Shown here in pieces: positions 44,561-54,793 of a stretch of DNA of 64,000 nt; the stretch's first letter is position 1; every line of letters begins with the position of its first letter. A program made the translations under genes and the position numbers. The stretch lies in NCBI GenBank assembly GCA_963707955.1, contig OY970176.1:2080001-2144000 (forward strand). The letters run 5' to 3'. Origin of the DNA: Candidatus Bathyarchaeota archaeon. GTDB taxonomy: Archaea; Thermoproteota; Bathyarchaeia; Bathyarchaeales; Bathycorpusculaceae. Below the pieces are notes generated by a model. That model did not search any database. It was given only the letters and a program-made list of their open reading frames with translations, and had not been told where the DNA came from.

Positions 44561-44589
44561 GTGGGTTTCAAGTCCCTGCGGGCCCGCCA
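44561..44589 (+). other. Isolated tRNA 3'-end fragment (att-like)
   Basis: gtgggtttcaagtccctgcgggcccgcca resembles T-arm + acceptor + G-CCA; no 5' half upstream. Confidence 0.6.
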
Positions 44590-44816
44590 CCCACGGAGCG
44601 CATTAGCGCCTCCGCGCTCGGTAATGCCCCTTTCTTTCTCCATTTTAAAGCTTGCTAGGCGTCTTAGAGCAAACCTTTAATTGGACTTTCGGAATCAAAA
44701 CGTGTCAAGTCCAACTAGCGCTTCATCTTACTCACAGGTTGCTCCATGGTTGTTGCTTTTATGATTAGCGCGCGCTCAACGGAATCAACTCTTCCTATGC
44801 GAATGAAGAGCCTATC

Positions 44817-46337
44817 TGCTTCGACGTCAACGGTAGCTACTTCGATGGCAGCACAGTCAACGTCTTTAACGCGGTCTACAACGGCACCACTGTACCACCA
44901 TTGCGCAAGGCCCAGTTGACTTGGTACGTGCCCTACGGCGAAGGAACGTACGATGTGACTGCTATGTTCAGCGGTGACAACTACGATTGCCCCTGCCAAA
45001 CCAGCATCGTCGCCAACGCCAGCGCGGTGCCCCTCAGAATCCTGTTCAGCGTCACCCCGGACAATTTTGAAAACGGAACCACCGTGCTGCTGAACGCCAC
45101 CATCATCGACCCCTCCACGGGAGCGCCCTTCACAAGCCAGAGTGTGAACGTCAACTTCTACAACGTGGACTCTAACGGCGTTCAGCAGAAACTAGGCACG
45201 AACTCCACCGCCGGCGGCATGGCCTTCTGGAGCACGACCTACACGAGCAACGGAACCGCATACGCCTACAAGGCCGACATAAACGCGGACTCCGTGAGCG
45301 GTGTCCTCCGTCAAGGCATCGCCAGCAGCCCCGTCCAGCTCACCGTAGGCAACCCAACCGTGCTCCTGCTGAACGTTTCCCGAGCCAACTCTTCCACAAA
45401 CCACACGATTGAGAGCCAACTGCTGAGCGATGGCACGGGCGTCTCGAACGAGACCGTGACCATCACCGTTAACGGCCAATCTTTTCAGAACAAGACAGAC
45501 CAGAACGGCTACTTCAACTTAACCATCGACCTCGAGCCCGAATGCCACAACGGCACTACCGCGTACCAGAACGTTACCTACACGATAACAGCCAGCTTCG
45601 CAGGCGACGTGCCCACCAACGCCACCGCCTACGACAACGCGCTCGACGGCACCAACTACACAGCATGCACAACCGTTCAGTACGTTTACGAGCCCAGCAC
45701 CAACAGCACAATACTGACCGTAACCCCACAATCAACATTGACGGCACTGCTGACCGAGACGCCTCAAGAGATGCAGAAACAAGCAGAGCAGAATGGGACG
45801 CTCAAGGTCAAAAACCAGTGGAGCTGGTGGTATCCATGGTACAGAGTCCATTATCAGTTTATCCCAAATGGTACTGTTGAATACGATTATGGCGTCAGTC
45901 CGCTACCTTTTGGAAATACGCTAGCGTACACCAAATATATGAATAATACCGTGGTCAACTTCGTGCTGAACGCCAACTTGGCCATACTTAGCGCGATTAC
46001 TCTCTCTGAATATCAAGGATACATCATCAGTATGCTTGGGCCCGCGGGATTTCTAGGTGCACTCATAATCTCTCTTACTACAAAGCTGGGCGCATTGGCC
46101 GCAAACTGGAACTCAGTCGGGGGACTTGAGAGCATTTTGGCTGGCAGCGCAGTTTCTATGGGAGTGGGCCTACTGAAAAATTTAGGATCAATCATCGAGA
46201 TAGTGAGCGAAACGATGGGCATGGCTGAAGTTGGTTTCGGAACCCTGTACTGCCTGCTCAGCGTGCCTATAAATATAGCATTTTGGATAGTTATCTTTGA
46301 CAGGCTCAGTCAATTGGGTGCTGGAGTGAGGTTCTGA
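44817..46337 (+). pseudogene. Orphan cassette 2: 5'-truncated paralog of the giant protein's last ~450 aa with a different C-terminal tip
   Basis: Aligns from FDVNGSY... (frameshift at ~44,895) through TITASFAGD...CTTVQY...ETPQEM, then diverges; no signal peptide. Confidence 0.8.
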
Positions 46338-46340
46338 GCG

Positions 46341-47111
46341 TTGGACAATTTGCATGCGAAAGGCTGGCATTGGACTAAACAAGTAGTCGGGTTGTTGCTT
46401 ATTGCAGCCGGAATACTTGTGTTCTATTTTGCCGCCGCGGTCATTGCTTCAACCAGCCTGACTGGTGCCCTTCTCTCTGCTTGGGTGGCTTCGGGGTTGA
46501 TTTGCGCAGGAAGTTTCCTTGTTATTCAGTTTGACATGCGTCGTTATTTACGATCGGTGCTTCTTGTCTTCGTCGTTCTGCTTGGGTGGACCATGGTTTT
46601 GCTGTTGCAGCTTCCGGGCAACTTTCAGATATTCATGTTCGCGTTTACAAGTTTCATTTTCGGCTTGTTCTTGTACTACTGGAAAAAGAAACCTGTAATT
46701 TCATGGAGATCGCCAAGCGTTCACAGACGCCTATTAGCCATTGCTGGAGCTGTTCTCCTTGTGCCCAGCTTCACACTATTCATTATGTTTGTAAGCATCG
46801 TGGATGACTTGGGCTTGTTTGTTGGTTGGCTTTCCATGTTGCCTGCAAGTTTAGGCCTCTTGGTAGGTTTTCAACTAGTTAGAGGAAAGAGGCTCAAAGA
46901 TGCGGTATTAGCTTGGCTTGTCTTGGATGCCATTATGCTGTACCCGTTCCTCGTTGTTTTGCCTACGGCATTCAGCATGCCGATAGCGTACCAGATCGTC
47001 GTGGAGGCTTTGATTATCGTCCTGACAGTGGTAGCGTTTGTGGTCGGGGTGCATAGCTATCGCAAAAGGTATAGCAGGCGTATGTTGAAGCAGGTAGCGC
47101 GCGCGTGGTAG
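46341..47111 (+). CDS. Polytopic (~8 TM) membrane protein (candidate immunity protein 2)
   Basis: Starts 3 nt after the cassette 2 stop codon; multiple TM helices. Confidence 0.7.
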   Translation: MDNLHAKGWHWTKQVVGLLLIAAGILVFYFAAAVIASTSLTGALLSAWVASGLICAGSFLVIQFDMRRYLRSVLLVFVVLLGWTMVLLLQLPGNFQIFMFAFTSFIFGLFLYYWKKKPVISWRSPSVHRRLLAIAGAVLLVPSFTLFIMFVSIVDDLGLFVGWLSMLPASLGLLVGFQLVRGKRLKDAVLAWLVLDAIMLYPFLVVLPTAFSMPIAYQIVVEALIIVLTVVAFVVGVHSYRKRYSRRMLKQVARAW

Positions 47112-47263
47112 TGCGTCGTGTGTCGTGTGTGTTCGCCTTGGACTTGCCCGCTCTCTCTTAGGGTTAACGGCATTAAGGTAAGGTGGCTGAGACGAGCGTG
47201 GGCGGCTTGTGGGAAGGCGGCTTCAGTTTCATTCGACTTCCCAGCTATAGAAGACAACGCGAT

Positions 47264-47856
47264 AACGTAACAGTAACAGCCAGCTTCGCAGGCGATCACC
47301 CCACAAACGCCACCGCCTACGACAACACGCTAGACGGAGAACAGTACCCAGCGTGCACAACCGTCCAGTAGGGCTACGAACCCAGCAGCAACAGCACAAC
47401 GTTAACCGTGACTCCACAGTCTACTCAGGCGGCGATGCTCGCAGAGACGCCTCAACAGATTCAGCAGAACGCAACAAACAGCGGGTGGCTTAGTGTCTAC
47501 AGCCAGTGGAGCTGGTGGTACCCATGGTTCAGATTTCACTTTAAGTTTACTCCAGACGGCGCCTCGCATTTGACATAGGAATTTCCGCTTTGCCCTTAGG
47601 CAACGCAGTGAAAGTTGGGTCAGCCATGACAGGTGTAACTGGTTTGTTGTCGAAAGTGATGGTTTCCATTACCAGTGCAATAGCTTTGTTTGACAGGCTT
47701 GGGAATATTGTTGCTGTCGCTGGTCCTGAAGCATTTGCTGGTGCGCTTATGGTTTCATTTACGGCCAAGTTATCGGCATTAATCGCAAACTATAATTCGG
47801 CTGACGGGCTAATCAGTGCATTTTTTGGCACTGCTGCTCGGATTCTACGTTTATAG
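47264..47856 (+). pseudogene. Orphan cassette 3 (degraded) with a third tip variant
   Basis: VTASFAGDHPTNATAYDNTLDGEQYPACTTVQ*GYEPSSN...WSWWYPWFRFH, then frameshifted into LPLGN...GPEAFAGALMVSFTAKL. Confidence 0.8.
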
Positions 47857-48025
47857 CAAGCACAGACGAGCTAAACTACGCAACGCGACATCAAGCTGAT
47901 AGAGGAACACAGCAATCTATGAGCGCGCGCACGCCCAAAATAGGACAGAAACCTAGAGCCAATTGCTGACTGAGACGCAACCTGTAAAGGTCTCGGCTTT
48001 TAAGGGCACGCGCATTTGGGAAAGG

Positions 48026-48120
48026 TGGGCCCGGGGCGATTTGAACACCCGACCAACAGGTCTCTCAACGCATTGAGCATTTATGAGCCTGGCGCTCTAA
48101 CCTAGCTGAACTACGGGCCC
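48026..48120 (-). tRNA. tRNA with CAT anticodon, Ile2-type, with a ~20-nt intron at 37/38 (48,062-48,081)
   Basis: Reverse complement GGGCCCGTAGTTCAGCTAGGTTAGAGCGCCAGGCT-CAT-A[intron]ACCTGTTGGTCGGGTGTTCAAATCGCCCCGGGCCCA; acceptor stem typical of archaeal Ile2. Confidence 0.88.
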
Positions 48121-48230
48121 AGACCTTAGTTTGATCTCTTTAGTATGCTGTTTCAGAGTCAATTTAAACGTTTTCCGCATTTGGGCCGCTGTCATGAAAG
48201 CGCGTGTGCCCATTCAGAAACAGCTTGTAA

Positions 48231-49124
48231 TCATGAATGACTGCGGCCTTGAGTGCGTTCATAATGATACAGGTATTCTTGTGCGTAACCCGCGTACTTG
48301 CCAAAGTAGTGTCTTCCAAACAAATTCAGCTGCTTGTATCCTGACTCGCTGAGGGATTTTTGACGAGAGATGGTGTCCACAAACTCGCTCGGAAAACTAC
48401 TGGCATAATGCCTCAAAACCGCTCTTCTGATCCATACATCCACTGGAAAAGCATCGAGTTTCTCAAGAGAAAAAAGCAGGACACAGTCCGCCACCTTGGG
48501 GCCTACTCCAGGAAATCTGAGCAATTCCTCTTTTGCTTGGTCATAGGTTGCTTTTCTTAAGTGTTCTAGTTCATAGTCGTTTTTGAAGATTTCCTTGGAG
48601 GTTTCTGAAACGTACTTCGCTCTGTAGCCGAGTTCGCATTCTCTTAGATTCCTTGAAGTTGCCTTGGCCAGTTTCATCGGGGTCGGAAACGTGAAGAAAC
48701 TGTAACCATCAAGAACGACTTCTTTCCCGAATTTTCTGGAAAGACACAACAGCATCCTTTCTATCGCTGCAATATTTTTGTAGGTTGCGCAGATGTATGA
48801 GATGAGACATTCCCATGGGTCTTGCCGAAGAATGCGGAGACCCTTGAACTCTTCAATCGCTTTCCCTATGTGCTTGTCCTTGTTGATTTGAGAGAAAATC
48901 TCTGGCAGATTATCGTTCAACCCGAAATATCTTCTGACAAAGTCTTCACTTGCATTTTCAAACTCCAGCTTGTCTCCGCTCTGTCGAACTTTGAAAACAT
49001 TTTCTCCAACTGTACCGTACCACCAATCGTCCTTTTTTTTCCACCTAAACGTCTGTCCACAACACAAGGTGAAGTCCAAATCAAAAGGAACTGAAAGATC
49101 CAATTGAACCATATTCGATCTCAC
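48231..49124 (-). CDS. 8-oxoguanine DNA glycosylase (OGG1-like, HhH-GPD)
   Basis: CGQTFRW, LRQDPWECLISYI, LGYRAKY, GVGPKVADC, FPVDVW, AGYAQEYLY. Confidence 0.92.
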   Translation of the reverse strand: MRSNMVQLDLSVPFDLDFTLCCGQTFRWKKKDDWWYGTVGENVFKVRQSGDKLEFENASEDFVRRYFGLNDNLPEIFSQINKDKHIGKAIEEFKGLRILRQDPWECLISYICATYKNIAAIERMLLCLSRKFGKEVVLDGYSFFTFPTPMKLAKATSRNLRECELGYRAKYVSETSKEIFKNDYELEHLRKATYDQAKEELLRFPGVGPKVADCVLLFSLEKLDAFPVDVWIRRAVLRHYASSFPSEFVDTISRQKSLSESGYKQLNLFGRHYFGKYAGYAQEYLYHYERTQGRSHS

Positions 49125-49193
49125 GTTAACCTTTCTTCAAAGTAGTTTTAAACCCTTATTATTCAAGACCGCAGGAAGCTGGCAACTTCCAGG

Positions 49194-51377
49194 TCAGCTG
49201 AGGATCTCGTCTACAAAAGCCTTCGGTTGAGGAACTTCCGCAGGCAAACCTCTTCCAACGCGGAGCTGTGTGACAACTTCAGCCTCAAGCTTTTGAGCCA
49301 TTTTCTCCCAATGGTCAAAAGTCAGCTGCCAAAAAACATGGCCGGAAGTTGCAGCACGCATTTCTGCAGGAAGGCCCAAAGTCTGTGCGACTGGCACGTA
49401 GCCCGTGATGATTGCTGACTGTCCTTTCTGCTGAGTGGCCTCTATTTTTCCGTGTCTGCGAGTTATTATCTTGGAGCACGTGCCAAGCCATTGCAGTGGA
49501 ACGGACACTTCGACTTTGTAAATCGGCTCCAAAAGTGCGGGGTTAGCCGTCAACAACGAACCCAGAATTGCGCGGCTTATTGCCCGCGTCACCTGACTTG
49601 GTTCTCGATTTTCAGGGTTTCCGTCAAGCTTCACGTCCATAAGCTTTACTTTCACGCCTCTCAAAGGATGTTCGCTAAGGGGCCCAGTTCTACATGCCCA
49701 ATAGAACCCTGACACAACATCGTTCTTCACCTCTTGAAGATGCTCAGCATGCTTAGTTGAATCTACCAGAACGTTGATGCGCTCGTCCACGGCCCAAATC
49801 TCTCCCTCTCCACTTTTTCCAAACTTGCTTTTACTGTATGTGAGGCTTTTTTCTAGGACTGTTATCGCTTTGCTTTCAAGCGGCTCTATCTTTATCCAGA
49901 ACTTGTTACGCTTGTTGGGGCTGTTCGTCATCACCAGTGCTCCACTCTTGAGAACAGTTTCTCTATACGCTGCAATCGGACTAGTTGCTTCAAGCTTGAC
50001 ATCACCAATGTACTTCTTCAAGAAGTTCATCGCGACCTCCAGGTGAAGTTCGCCCATCCCGCTAAGCAAGTGTTGACCCGTTTCAGTATCCAGCGTTGTA
50101 ATGAGGTTTGGGTCTTCAATCGAAAGTTTTTTCAGTCCCTCAAGAAGGCTTTCTAAGTCTTTAGGGTTCTTCGGTTCTATCGCTATCGTCATGACAGGCT
50201 CTGAAACATACTGGGCATTCCCAAACGGAATGCTCATGCTCTTGTGTTCAACATCGACAACCGTTTCCCCGGCCCTTGCCGATTCAAGCCCTGTCAAGGC
50301 AGCAATGTTGCCAGCCGAAATAAGGCTCACAGTTTCCCTGAAAGCGCTCATGTAGAGGGAAACTTGTTGCACGCAATGGACTTTGCCTGCGCCAACTAAG
50401 TAAACATCGTCGCCCTTTTTCACAGATCCTGAGAAGATCCGTCCAGTGGCAACCAAACCCTCGTTCTGAACCACCTGAGCCGCAGTTATGCCTATCACCG
50501 TTGGTCCTTGATCGTCGCAGTTTGCCATTGCCTGACCGATTTCTGACGTCAAACTGCCTTTCCAGATCTTCGGTACGCGGTATCGTTGGCTTTCCAGAGG
50601 GCTAGGCAGGTTCTTCACGACCATGTCAAGTATGGCTGTGTAGAGGGGAACAACTTTCGAGAGTTCCCGCCATGTTTCATGCTCATAAGCGTCCGCGATG
50701 TCGCGGTCACTGAATCTTATGCCCTTCTTCTCAGCTATTTCCAGAGTGAATCCCCACCTGTGAAGTGCTGAACCGAAGACAACACTCTGTTTTGAAGGGT
50801 CAACTTTCCATTTGGCGCTGAACCTTGGCTCGCCATAGATCTCGATGATGTTGTTGAAGTCGGTGATAATGCGGACAAATTTTTTCTGAATCGCATCGGG
50901 GGAAAGCTTGAGCTCCCTTATCAGACGGTCAACCTTGTTTATGAAGAGAACAGGTCTCACCCTCTCCTCGAGAGCTTGACGCGTGACAGTTTCTGTCTGA
51001 GCCATAACCTCTTCCACAGCGTCCACGACGACGATTGCCCCATCAACCGCGCGTAAAGCCCTGGTCACTTTACCAGTGAAGTCTACGTGCCCAGGAGTGT
51101 CGACCAGGTTTATCAGGTAAGGGGACCCGTCGACTTCGTGCAGGAATGATATGTTTGCTGTTTTAATCGTGATTCCGCGTTTTTGTTCTTCTTCTAAATA
51201 GTCGAGAACTCTTGCTGAACCCGTTACGCGTGATGGCAGAAGTCCCGCTTCGATCAGCAGCGAATCTGTCATCGTTGTCTTTCCATGGTCGATGTGGGCC
51301 ACTACGCAGACGTTGCGAATACGCTCTTTCTTGCCCATTAGCTTCAGCAATTCTGCCGTCTGTCGAAACTTTGGCAT
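49194..51377 (-). CDS. fusA: Elongation factor 2 paralog (aEF-2p type; diphthamide His absent)
   Basis: AHIDHGKTT, RGITI, DTPGH, NKVD, GMGELHLE; the domain IV loop reads DGNPENREPSQ rather than HED..HRGPAQ. Confidence 0.88.
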   Translation of the reverse strand: MPKFRQTAELLKLMGKKERIRNVCVVAHIDHGKTTMTDSLLIEAGLLPSRVTGSARVLDYLEEEQKRGITIKTANISFLHEVDGSPYLINLVDTPGHVDFTGKVTRALRAVDGAIVVVDAVEEVMAQTETVTRQALEERVRPVLFINKVDRLIRELKLSPDAIQKKFVRIITDFNNIIEIYGEPRFSAKWKVDPSKQSVVFGSALHRWGFTLEIAEKKGIRFSDRDIADAYEHETWRELSKVVPLYTAILDMVVKNLPSPLESQRYRVPKIWKGSLTSEIGQAMANCDDQGPTVIGITAAQVVQNEGLVATGRIFSGSVKKGDDVYLVGAGKVHCVQQVSLYMSAFRETVSLISAGNIAALTGLESARAGETVVDVEHKSMSIPFGNAQYVSEPVMTIAIEPKNPKDLESLLEGLKKLSIEDPNLITTLDTETGQHLLSGMGELHLEVAMNFLKKYIGDVKLEATSPIAAYRETVLKSGALVMTNSPNKRNKFWIKIEPLESKAITVLEKSLTYSKSKFGKSGEGEIWAVDERINVLVDSTKHAEHLQEVKNDVVSGFYWACRTGPLSEHPLRGVKVKLMDVKLDGNPENREPSQVTRAISRAILGSLLTANPALLEPIYKVEVSVPLQWLGTCSKIITRRHGKIEATQQKGQSAIITGYVPVAQTLGLPAEMRAATSGHVFWQLTFDHWEKMAQKLEAEVVTQLRVGRGLPAEVPQPKAFVDEILS

Positions 51378-51552
51378 GCCTCAGACCTTCTTCAAGGACC
51401 GTGTAATCTTCTGATGTCACAATTGTCATAACTTCGAGATTTGCTTTGTTATCTGGACACTTCTGGCATTACTAACCAGAGAAGATTTAGAAAGAGAAAG
51501 GGTTTAAGGCTGTTAGGAGTTTTCGATTTGGTTTGAACTGGCGTGATATGTC

Positions 51553-51942
51553 TTGAAAAGAACAATAGCCTTGGTGGCTCACGATAACAAGAAGACTGAT
51601 CTGGTTGAGTGGGTTGAATTCAACAAGGGCACACTATCGCTTCACAACCTCTACGCGACTGGGGGAACCGGAAAAAAGATTATGGAGAAAACGGGTCTAA
51701 ACGTTGCCCTGCTCAAGGATGGCTCTCAAGGAGGAGATATGGAGCTCGGCGCTTTGATAGCTAACAGGAAATTGGATTATTTGATCTTCTTCTGGGACCC
51801 TTTGGAATCTCTCCCCCACGACGTTGACGTCAAGGCCCTTCTCAGAATAGCCGTACTGTACAACATCCCCACTGCGTGCAACCGGGCGACAGCGGACCTG
51901 ATTATCTCGAGCCCCCTGTTTTCAAGAGAATACAAACCCTAG
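51553..51942 (+). CDS. mgsA: Methylglyoxal synthase
   Basis: IALVAHDNKK, ATGGTG, FFWDPL...PHDVDVKALLR, ACNRATAD. Confidence 0.95.
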   Translation: MKRTIALVAHDNKKTDLVEWVEFNKGTLSLHNLYATGGTGKKIMEKTGLNVALLKDGSQGGDMELGALIANRKLDYLIFFWDPLESLPHDVDVKALLRIAVLYNIPTACNRATADLIISSPLFSREYKP

Positions 51943-52123
51943 CCGCAACACTGCAAATTGCAAATTCTAGATAATACGCGCTCTGTTGAAGGTTAAATGA
52001 AAATCTCAAGCACGGCGAAATTGCAGATGAAAGAACTTTTATACCTCGTGTGTGCTTAAGTCCTACGGGCACAACCATGTGTCCAAGGGGCAGTTAGCGC
52101 GTGCGCGCTACCCCGAAGTATAA

Positions 52124-54682
52124 TTGAGAAAGGAGAAAGGAAAATTGAAAAAGGAAACTGCATCAGCAATAGTGATAACGCTGCTCATCGCAAGCATGCT
52201 CTTTTCGGCGACTAACTTCGTGAAAGGTCAGACGGACACGCCTGACCTAGAGGTCTCTCTGAGCTCTTTCAGCCCGTCCATAATTAACGGCACGTATAAC
52301 CATCTCACGAATGGAAGTTCGACGGTTCTAAACGCCACCGTAACCAACGTGGGCAATGCCAGCGCGTCTAGCGTAACCTTGCAGCTTCTGGTCAACGGCA
52401 CCGTGACTCTAACCGCTGTAACACCGACGTTGGATATCAACTGCACCTTCTGGGCTGCCTACTTCTGGAACCCGACGGATTATGTGCCACCTGTAACTGA
52501 CTACAACCTGACTGTTTATGCCCTGCCTGTGACTAACGAGACAAACAACAACATCACGAGGTGGATCCGAGTTTGTCCGAACCAACCTCCTACAGCGATC
52601 TTCAACATGACCTGGTCACCACCAAATCCGCCCTTGGGACCAGTCGAAAATCAGACCGTCACTTTCGACGCCTCCAACAGCTACAACCCGCCTTCGACAC
52701 CTTCTGACTGGAGTACCATCGTCAATTACACGTGGAATTTTGGAGACGGCCCCAGCGTGAACTACTCTTACCCCACTACGACTCACAAGTACACGAATTG
52801 GAGGAACTACACCGTAACCCTCACATTGGTTAACAATGAGAACCTAACCAGCTTGCCCGCATCGCAAAACATATCGGTCTACGCTCGTCCAATAGCCAAT
52901 TTCACAGTACTAGGCAAGCTCTATGTCAATAAAAACCTGACCTTTAATGCCTCAACGAGCATCGACCCCGACAACAACGCGACTTCCACAAAGGGCATTG
53001 CCAGCTACAACTGGGACTTCGGAGACGGCAACACAACAACAGGCTGGCCTAACGCGACCATACTTCACCCGTACAATGCAGAGGGTAACTACACCGTTAC
53101 TCTCAATGTCACCGACTTCGACGGCCTAGTCAGCGACGTAGTAAACGAGTCGGTGTATATCGGTTCAGGTCAACCCATCGCCTTCTTTACACCGCCTCAC
53201 TCACCGTGTTACGTTGGTGATAACTTGACCTTCGACGCCACAAACAGCCTTGATCTCGACAATCCCACTGGTCCCACACGCGGTATCGCCAACTACACCT
53301 GGAACTTCAACGATAGCACGCCTATAATCACCGTATACGTCCCCACCATCTTACACGCCTTTCAAAGCCCCGGAAACTACAATGTGAATCTGACCGTGAC
53401 CGACTCTGATCAGGGACTAACCAGCTGGACAAACGCTAATGTGAGTGTTTCCTACCAGGTCTTTTTAAACGCGACGGACAGTGTAACCGGAAGCCCGAAC
53501 ATCGCGCACAACCCTGGCGACTATTTTAATATCAGCATAACAGTCACAAACGTGACAGACCTATTTCAATATGAACTCAATTTGACATGGCCAGGCACCA
53601 AGTCATATCCTATATTTGACAGTGACCCAGTTGCTGTGAGTGGCGGTTTCTTGGCACAGAATGCCACTGAAGACTTCGTGCCCACACCTTCAAAATATCA
53701 AGGTTACGTTTACATAACAAGTACACGTCTTGGTACCTTGAATGGAGTGAACGGCAGCGGAACTCTGGCCATAATAACCCTTCACGTCAACGGTACCATG
53801 ACGGGAAACTGTACCTTCCAAATAGTTTCCTGCTTGCTACAGAATTCTACGTTTGCCAGCATTAATTGCACACTGGGAGACGGTCACTTCTTCACTACTA
53901 AACCAGTTGCAAACTTCACTTATTTGCCTCTTACACCCACGGTAAACACGGAAGTATACTTTAACGCGTCAAACAGTTACTGCCCAGACGGTGGAAATAT
54001 CACTTCCTACCAATGGGACTTTGGTGATGGCACGAGTGACACTGGACCCATTGTAAGCCACAATTACACTAGCTCAGAGCCATTCAACGTGAACCTAACC
54101 GTTACGGACAGCCAGTCACTTCTTACGTGGTCGATGAACAAAACGGTGGAGGTTAATCCAGGCCAAGTTTTCATCACCGACATTGAACCCGACGAGCTTT
54201 GGTTTAACAAAGCTTTGAATATGTTCCAGACTGCGGGGGCACTGCCCATGAACGTGACAGTGACGAACCCGGAAAATACTACTGTGACCTTCAACGTCAC
54301 CGTGTTCTTTGGCGGCCTTAACGTTACGGAGCAGCTTGTTACCGATCTTCCGCCTGGCGTATGGACCCTAAATCTAACCTGTTCCATAACGGGTATTAAC
54401 CCGGGCAACTACTCTATCCGCGCTCAACCGTCATGCACAAACGGAACCAATTCGTGGACCGGACCTATGTGCACTAATGGTACAGTCAGGGTTTGCTTGG
54501 CAAGCGACGTTAACGGCGATTATAAAGTTAACATGGGCGACGTAATGCTCATACTCGCGGCGTTCGGGTCGAAAGCTGGGATGCAAAAATATAATGCCAT
54601 CTGCGACCTGAACGGTGATGGTAAAGTTGACATGGGCGACATAGTCATCGCCTTAAGCAACTTCGGACACCACTACCCATAA
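52124..54682 (+). CDS. Secreted protein with four PKD domains, a cohesin-like domain and a C-terminal dockerin
   Basis: W(N/D)FGDG repeats; FNISITVTNVTDLFQYE...GSGTLAIITLHV; SDVNGDYKVNMGD...CDLNGDGKVDMGD...NFGHHYP. Confidence 0.85.
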   Translation: MRKEKGKLKKETASAIVITLLIASMLFSATNFVKGQTDTPDLEVSLSSFSPSIINGTYNHLTNGSSTVLNATVTNVGNASASSVTLQLLVNGTVTLTAVTPTLDINCTFWAAYFWNPTDYVPPVTDYNLTVYALPVTNETNNNITRWIRVCPNQPPTAIFNMTWSPPNPPLGPVENQTVTFDASNSYNPPSTPSDWSTIVNYTWNFGDGPSVNYSYPTTTHKYTNWRNYTVTLTLVNNENLTSLPASQNISVYARPIANFTVLGKLYVNKNLTFNASTSIDPDNNATSTKGIASYNWDFGDGNTTTGWPNATILHPYNAEGNYTVTLNVTDFDGLVSDVVNESVYIGSGQPIAFFTPPHSPCYVGDNLTFDATNSLDLDNPTGPTRGIANYTWNFNDSTPIITVYVPTILHAFQSPGNYNVNLTVTDSDQGLTSWTNANVSVSYQVFLNATDSVTGSPNIAHNPGDYFNISITVTNVTDLFQYELNLTWPGTKSYPIFDSDPVAVSGGFLAQNATEDFVPTPSKYQGYVYITSTRLGTLNGVNGSGTLAIITLHVNGTMTGNCTFQIVSCLLQNSTFASINCTLGDGHFFTTKPVANFTYLPLTPTVNTEVYFNASNSYCPDGGNITSYQWDFGDGTSDTGPIVSHNYTSSEPFNVNLTVTDSQSLLTWSMNKTVEVNPGQVFITDIEPDELWFNKALNMFQTAGALPMNVTVTNPENTTVTFNVTVFFGGLNVTEQLVTDLPPGVWTLNLTCSITGINPGNYSIRAQPSCTNGTNSWTGPMCTNGTVRVCLASDVNGDYKVNMGDVMLILAAFGSKAGMQKYNAICDLNGDGKVDMGDIVIALSNFGHHYP

Positions 54683-54793
54683 CCCCACCTTTTTTTGTCC
54701 TTAGAGTCTCGAAGCAGTGAAACCTCGCAAGGCTCCTGACAACACCGCTTCTTTGATTCGTTCTCGCATGATGGTCCATAATAGTCGCGGTCG

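Noticed and set aside
39051-47856. Diversity-generating retroelement (TR/VR)
   Set aside because: No reverse transcriptase in the window; differences between copies are not adenine-specific and whole tips are replaced
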